Part shown: positions 60,407 through 64,000 of the stretch, in pieces | Position numbering within the stretch: position 1 is the stretch's first letter | Layout of the letters: each line of letters begins with the position of its first letter | DNA from: Nitrosopumilus sp. | Lineage (GTDB): Archaea > Thermoproteota > Nitrososphaeria > Nitrososphaerales > Nitrosopumilaceae | Assembly (NCBI GenBank): GCA_965218695.1 | Contig: OZ244651.1 | Span: forward strand, 1,536,001-1,600,000 | DNA length: 64,000 nucleotides | Reading direction: 5' to 3' | The notes under the pieces: model-generated | Told to the model about the DNA's origin: nothing | What the model saw: only the letters and a program-made list of their open reading frames with translations | The model's database searches: none | Program-made: the position numbers and the translations under genes

Positions 60407-61000
60407 ATGGGTAGAAAGGAGAGAAGGGCACGCGAAGAAAAGCGTGAGAATTATGCCACAAAGCACACTGCCCAGAAGAGAAAGAACACGCTGATCGCGA
60501 TCGGCGTTTTAGGGGTAATTGCCGCCATCGTAGTCTATGCCGCCTTTGTCTTTGTCACATCTACCGGGACGACTCCGGGCGGACCGCCAAACGCAGGGGT
60601 ACTTGGAAGTGCCCATGATCATGCAGGCATCCTGGTAAAGATATTCAATGACGAGTTTGACTTTTCAACGACTTCATACCAGATAAAATCCAACTGGATT
60701 CACTTCGAGGGAAGGGACGGGACCACTGTCCACAAGCACGCCACGGGAGTGACGTTGGGGTATCTCTTTGAGACACTCAACATTGGACTCGATGACAAGT
60801 GCTTTGTGTTCCCGGACGCAAGGGAGTTTTGCACCGACGATGTATACGACCTTAGATTTTTCATCAATGGCGAGGAGCTTTCAGACATCAGGGAATATGA
60901 GATCTTCGAGGACGACAGGATTCTAATCTCATATGGCGCCACACCGGAACAGCTGGAATCCCAGATGCTCCAAATAAGCAACCAGGTCATAGTAAAGTAG
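60407..61000 (+). CDS. Membrane-anchored conserved hypothetical protein
   Basis: Basic N-terminus, one TM, H.HA, IHFE, VHKH, TLG, DRILISYG. Confidence 0.8.
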   Translation: MGRKERRAREEKRENYATKHTAQKRKNTLIAIGVLGVIAAIVVYAAFVFVTSTGTTPGGPPNAGVLGSAHDHAGILVKIFNDEFDFSTTSYQIKSNWIHFEGRDGTTVHKHATGVTLGYLFETLNIGLDDKCFVFPDAREFCTDDVYDLRFFINGEELSDIREYEIFEDDRILISYGATPEQLESQMLQISNQVIVK

Positions 61001-61065
61001 AACTCGGGCAGTAACATTATGCCACACACGGGGCGGCGGCAGCTGTTTTGGGGACCAAACGGCAC

Positions 61066-62598
61066 GTATGAATTCACCTGTCCTTCCTGTCACAAAAAAA
61101 TGATCATACTGATCCATATGCTGGTAATACACATCCCTGTCCATGGGGAACCCACGGCACATGAACAGGGAACAGCTGGAGAGGGAACTGGCTGAGGAAA
61201 GGAAGAAAAATGCCATGCTCGAGTCCAAGATTGAAGAGGTGCTTGCCAAGATCGAACGTCTTGAAAGGGCCTTGGGGTACAGCGAGCGCATCATGACATA
61301 CTATACAAACCCCAACACGCCGCCCTCATCTGAATCCCTGGAATGGAAGGCCCAGAAGAGGGAGCGGGCAAAAAAACAGGAAAAGGGAGACAAAGCCAAG
61401 CGCGGGGGAAGAGATGGACACGTGGGGGCGTCGCGCCCCCGCGACCCGGAAAGGACCGTATCCCACAGGTTCGGGCGCAGGAAGTCGGGCAGGAGACGGG
61501 TGCCGGTACTCCCGGAATGCGGGTGCGGCGGCGGCCGGATGGCGATTGGCAGTCCGCGCGTGCGGGACATCACGGACATCATGGTGACTGCGTGCGAGAC
61601 GCGGCACCGCGTGGAGACTGCAATATGCGGCTCATGCGGCCACAGGGAAGATGCCCCAAACGACCTGCCGCGGCGGGGCAACTTCGGCAAGGGACTGGTC
61701 GGGCTCGTCTCAGAACTGCGCGCGGCACGGGTGCCGCTCAAGGGAATCTCGGTCGCGGTGCGCTCCATAACGGACATTGAGCTTGCAGGATCCACTGTCA
61801 ACAACATCATGGCGCGCGTCGGGGACGCCTCGGGCCACGAGGCAGGCAGGATCCTCGGGGAAGTGGAGGCTTCTGACTGTGCCGGGTTTGACGAGACCAG
61901 CTGGCGAAACGACGGCCAGAGGGTGCACGCAAACGTGGCACAGTCGGGCAAAAATATCGCAATAAACATCAGCCAGAGCAGGGCCACGCTCATGCTCGAT
62001 GCCATGGACAAATTTGACGGGGTGGCGATAACTGACGGGTACAACGGGTATGACAGGTTTGACAAGGGCGGCATGCACCAGTCGTGCTGGGCGCACGACC
62101 TCCGGCAGACAAGACACCTGGCAGAAAAATACTGTGCCGTGCCTCCCAAGACCAAACGCGTCCGGCGGCGGCGGCAGCTCCACGAGGACCACAAGTGGGT
62201 GTTTGAGAGGGCAAAACTGCTGGCCGCGCAGGAGGCGCACTCGCTACAGCTGCGGCATACGATGAACCGCACCATGCAGGACGTGCTTGACCGGTACCGC
62301 GATGCCGGTGGTGGTAACGATGACGACATGCAAAAGGTGCTGGACAAGCTCGAGAGGCACCTGCACCGCATGTTTGCGTTCCTGGAGCATCCCGGCGTCG
62401 AGCCTACAAACAACGCCAGCGAGAGGGCGCTGCGCTACCTGGTGGTGTTCCGCAAGATAAGCGGGCAGACCAAGGGTGGGCCCAAGTCCATGAAGCGTCT
62501 TGCAGATTTTGTTACATGCGTCCTCACGTGGAGGGCACATGGCAAGAGCGTGGCCGAAGAAGTTGGTCGACTGATATAAGGGGCAGGTGAACTCATAC
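61066..62598 (+). mobile_element. IS66-family element, variant A copy 2
   Basis: Same TIRs as 19126-20658; 8-bp TSD AACGGCAC. Confidence 0.94.
61143..62579 (+). CDS. IS66-family transposase
   Basis: Near-identical to 19203-20639. Confidence 0.93.
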   Translation: MGNPRHMNREQLERELAEERKKNAMLESKIEEVLAKIERLERALGYSERIMTYYTNPNTPPSSESLEWKAQKRERAKKQEKGDKAKRGGRDGHVGASRPRDPERTVSHRFGRRKSGRRRVPVLPECGCGGGRMAIGSPRVRDITDIMVTACETRHRVETAICGSCGHREDAPNDLPRRGNFGKGLVGLVSELRAARVPLKGISVAVRSITDIELAGSTVNNIMARVGDASGHEAGRILGEVEASDCAGFDETSWRNDGQRVHANVAQSGKNIAINISQSRATLMLDAMDKFDGVAITDGYNGYDRFDKGGMHQSCWAHDLRQTRHLAEKYCAVPPKTKRVRRRRQLHEDHKWVFERAKLLAAQEAHSLQLRHTMNRTMQDVLDRYRDAGGGNDDDMQKVLDKLERHLHRMFAFLEHPGVEPTNNASERALRYLVVFRKISGQTKGGPKSMKRLADFVTCVLTWRAHGKSVAEEVGRLI

Positions 62599-62646
62599 AA
62601 CGGCACAAGGCAAATGTAAATATGACATGTCAGGGCTGATGCCATC

Positions 62647-64000
62647 ATGGAGATATCCAGCAGGAACGTGGTGGAGGGAACCGCCAGAGCCCCGCACAGG
62701 GCCATGTACAAGGCCATGGGGCTTGATGACGATGATCTGGCCAAAAAGTTTATCGGCGTATGCCATACGGGAAACGAGGCCACGCCATGCAACATCCACC
62801 TTCCAGAACTGGCCCTCAAGGCAAAGGACGGCGTCAGGGATTCTGGGTGCACGCCAAGGGAGTTTTCAACCATAGCGGTAAGCGATGGGATTGCAATGGG
62901 CCACGAGGGGATGAAGTCATCGCTGGTCTCCCGCGAGGTCATTGCAGACTCGATTGAACTGATGGTCAGGGCGCACCAGTATGACGCGCTGGTGGGAATT
63001 GCAGGGTGTGACAAGAGCCTGCCTGGAACAATGATGGCCATGGCCAGGCTGGACATTCCGTCCGTGTTCGTCTATGGGGGTACCATCATGCCGGGAATGC
63101 TTGGCGGGAAGGAGCTTACAATAGTTGATGTGTACGAGGCAGTAGGGGCATACGATGCAGGCAACCTCACGCTGGAGGGCCTCAAGAGCATAGAGGACAC
63201 TGCATGCCCAAACGCAGGATCCTGCGGGGGAATGTTCACTGCAAACACAATGGCCTCCATATCGGAGGCCATAGGTCTTGCGCTGCCGGGAAGTGCCAGC
63301 CCCCCTGCAGAGGACAGCCGAAGGGGAAGAATGGTGTATGACACGGGGGCCGCATGTGCCAGGCTCTTGGAGATGGACATAAGGCCCAGCGACATCCTGA
63401 CATTCGAGGCCTTTGAGAACGCAATTACGATGCTAAACTCGGTAGGCGGTTCGACAAACGGCATCCTTCACCTGCTTGCGCTTGCCGGCGAGGCCGGAAT
63501 AGATCTGACGTATGACGACTTTGAGAGGATTCGAAGGAGGACCCCACACCTGGCAGATATGAAGCCGGGGGGAAGATATGTGATGAACTCGCTGGACAAG
63601 ATAGGGGGAATTCCGCTTGTCCTAAAAAAGCTGCTTGAAAAGGGGCTCATCAACGGCCGGTGCATGACTGTGACCGGGAGAACCATCAGGGACAACATCA
63701 CGCAGGCAGGCATTGCAGAGCCAGAGCAGCACATCGTAAGACCGGTGACTGACCCCATCCACACGGAGGGTACGGCACTCATCCTAAGGGGGAGTCTGGC
63801 GCCGGAAGGGGCAGTAATCAAGACGGCAGGCGTGGAGATGTCAGAGTTTACAGGAAGGGCCCGCGTCTTTGACAGGGAGGAGACGGCCTTTGATGCAGTC
63901 TCAAAAGGCATGATAGACGAGGGGGACGTTGTGGTGATTAGGTACGAGGGGCCAAAGGGCGGTCCCGGAATGAGGGAGATGCTTGCAACCACTGCGGCGC
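62647..64000 (+). CDS. ilvD: Dihydroxy-acid dehydratase, runs off the window end (absent from the ORF track)
   Basis: RAPHRAM, PCNIH, VSDGIAMGH, SREVIADS, GCDKSLPG, CGGMFTANTM, GGSTN, GPKGGPGMREM. Confidence 0.95.
   Translation, partial: MEISSRNVVEGTARAPHRAMYKAMGLDDDDLAKKFIGVCHTGNEATPCNIHLPELALKAKDGVRDSGCTPREFSTIAVSDGIAMGHEGMKSSLVSREVIADSIELMVRAHQYDALVGIAGCDKSLPGTMMAMARLDIPSVFVYGGTIMPGMLGGKELTIVDVYEAVGAYDAGNLTLEGLKSIEDTACPNAGSCGGMFTANTMASISEAIGLALPGSASPPAEDSRRGRMVYDTGAACARLLEMDIRPSDILTFEAFENAITMLNSVGGSTNGILHLLALAGEAGIDLTYDDFERIRRRTPHLADMKPGGRYVMNSLDKIGGIPLVLKKLLEKGLINGRCMTVTGRTIRDNITQAGIAEPEQHIVRPVTDPIHTEGTALILRGSLAPEGAVIKTAGVEMSEFTGRARVFDREETAFDAVSKGMIDEGDVVVIRYEGPKGGPGMREMLATTAA

Overview
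Archaeal chromosome segment of Nitrososphaerota (Thaumarchaeota, Nitrosopumilaceae/Cenarchaeum-like) type, judged from ppdK, tpiA, polB, dCMP deaminase, Hef-like helicase, parvulin, asd, a MenA-like prenyltransferase, aRF1, ilvD and a CFI-box-CTERM cupredoxin. About a third of the window (~23 kb by my boundary calls) is insertion sequence or MITE: single-ORF IS66, IS5/IS903-like, IS5/ISL2-like, ISH3 and IS6-like. Most copies have intact TIRs and target duplications, and several interrupt host genes or each other. The main unexplained structure is a 19.1-kb element (30987-50095). It is bounded by perfect 33-bp inverted repeats, mirror-spaced arrays of a 13-bp motif and an 8-bp target duplication. 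It carries a central SWIM-Zn-DDE transposase and defence cargo: a DUF262/GmrSD-like nuclease, a Type ISP R-M enzyme, AbiV and Hachiman. The Type ISP gene contains ~89 copies of an 11-bp repeat between two diverged copies of a target-recognition segment, so repeat number mod 3 selects one of three C-termini. All family assignments come from motif recognition by eye, not database searches.
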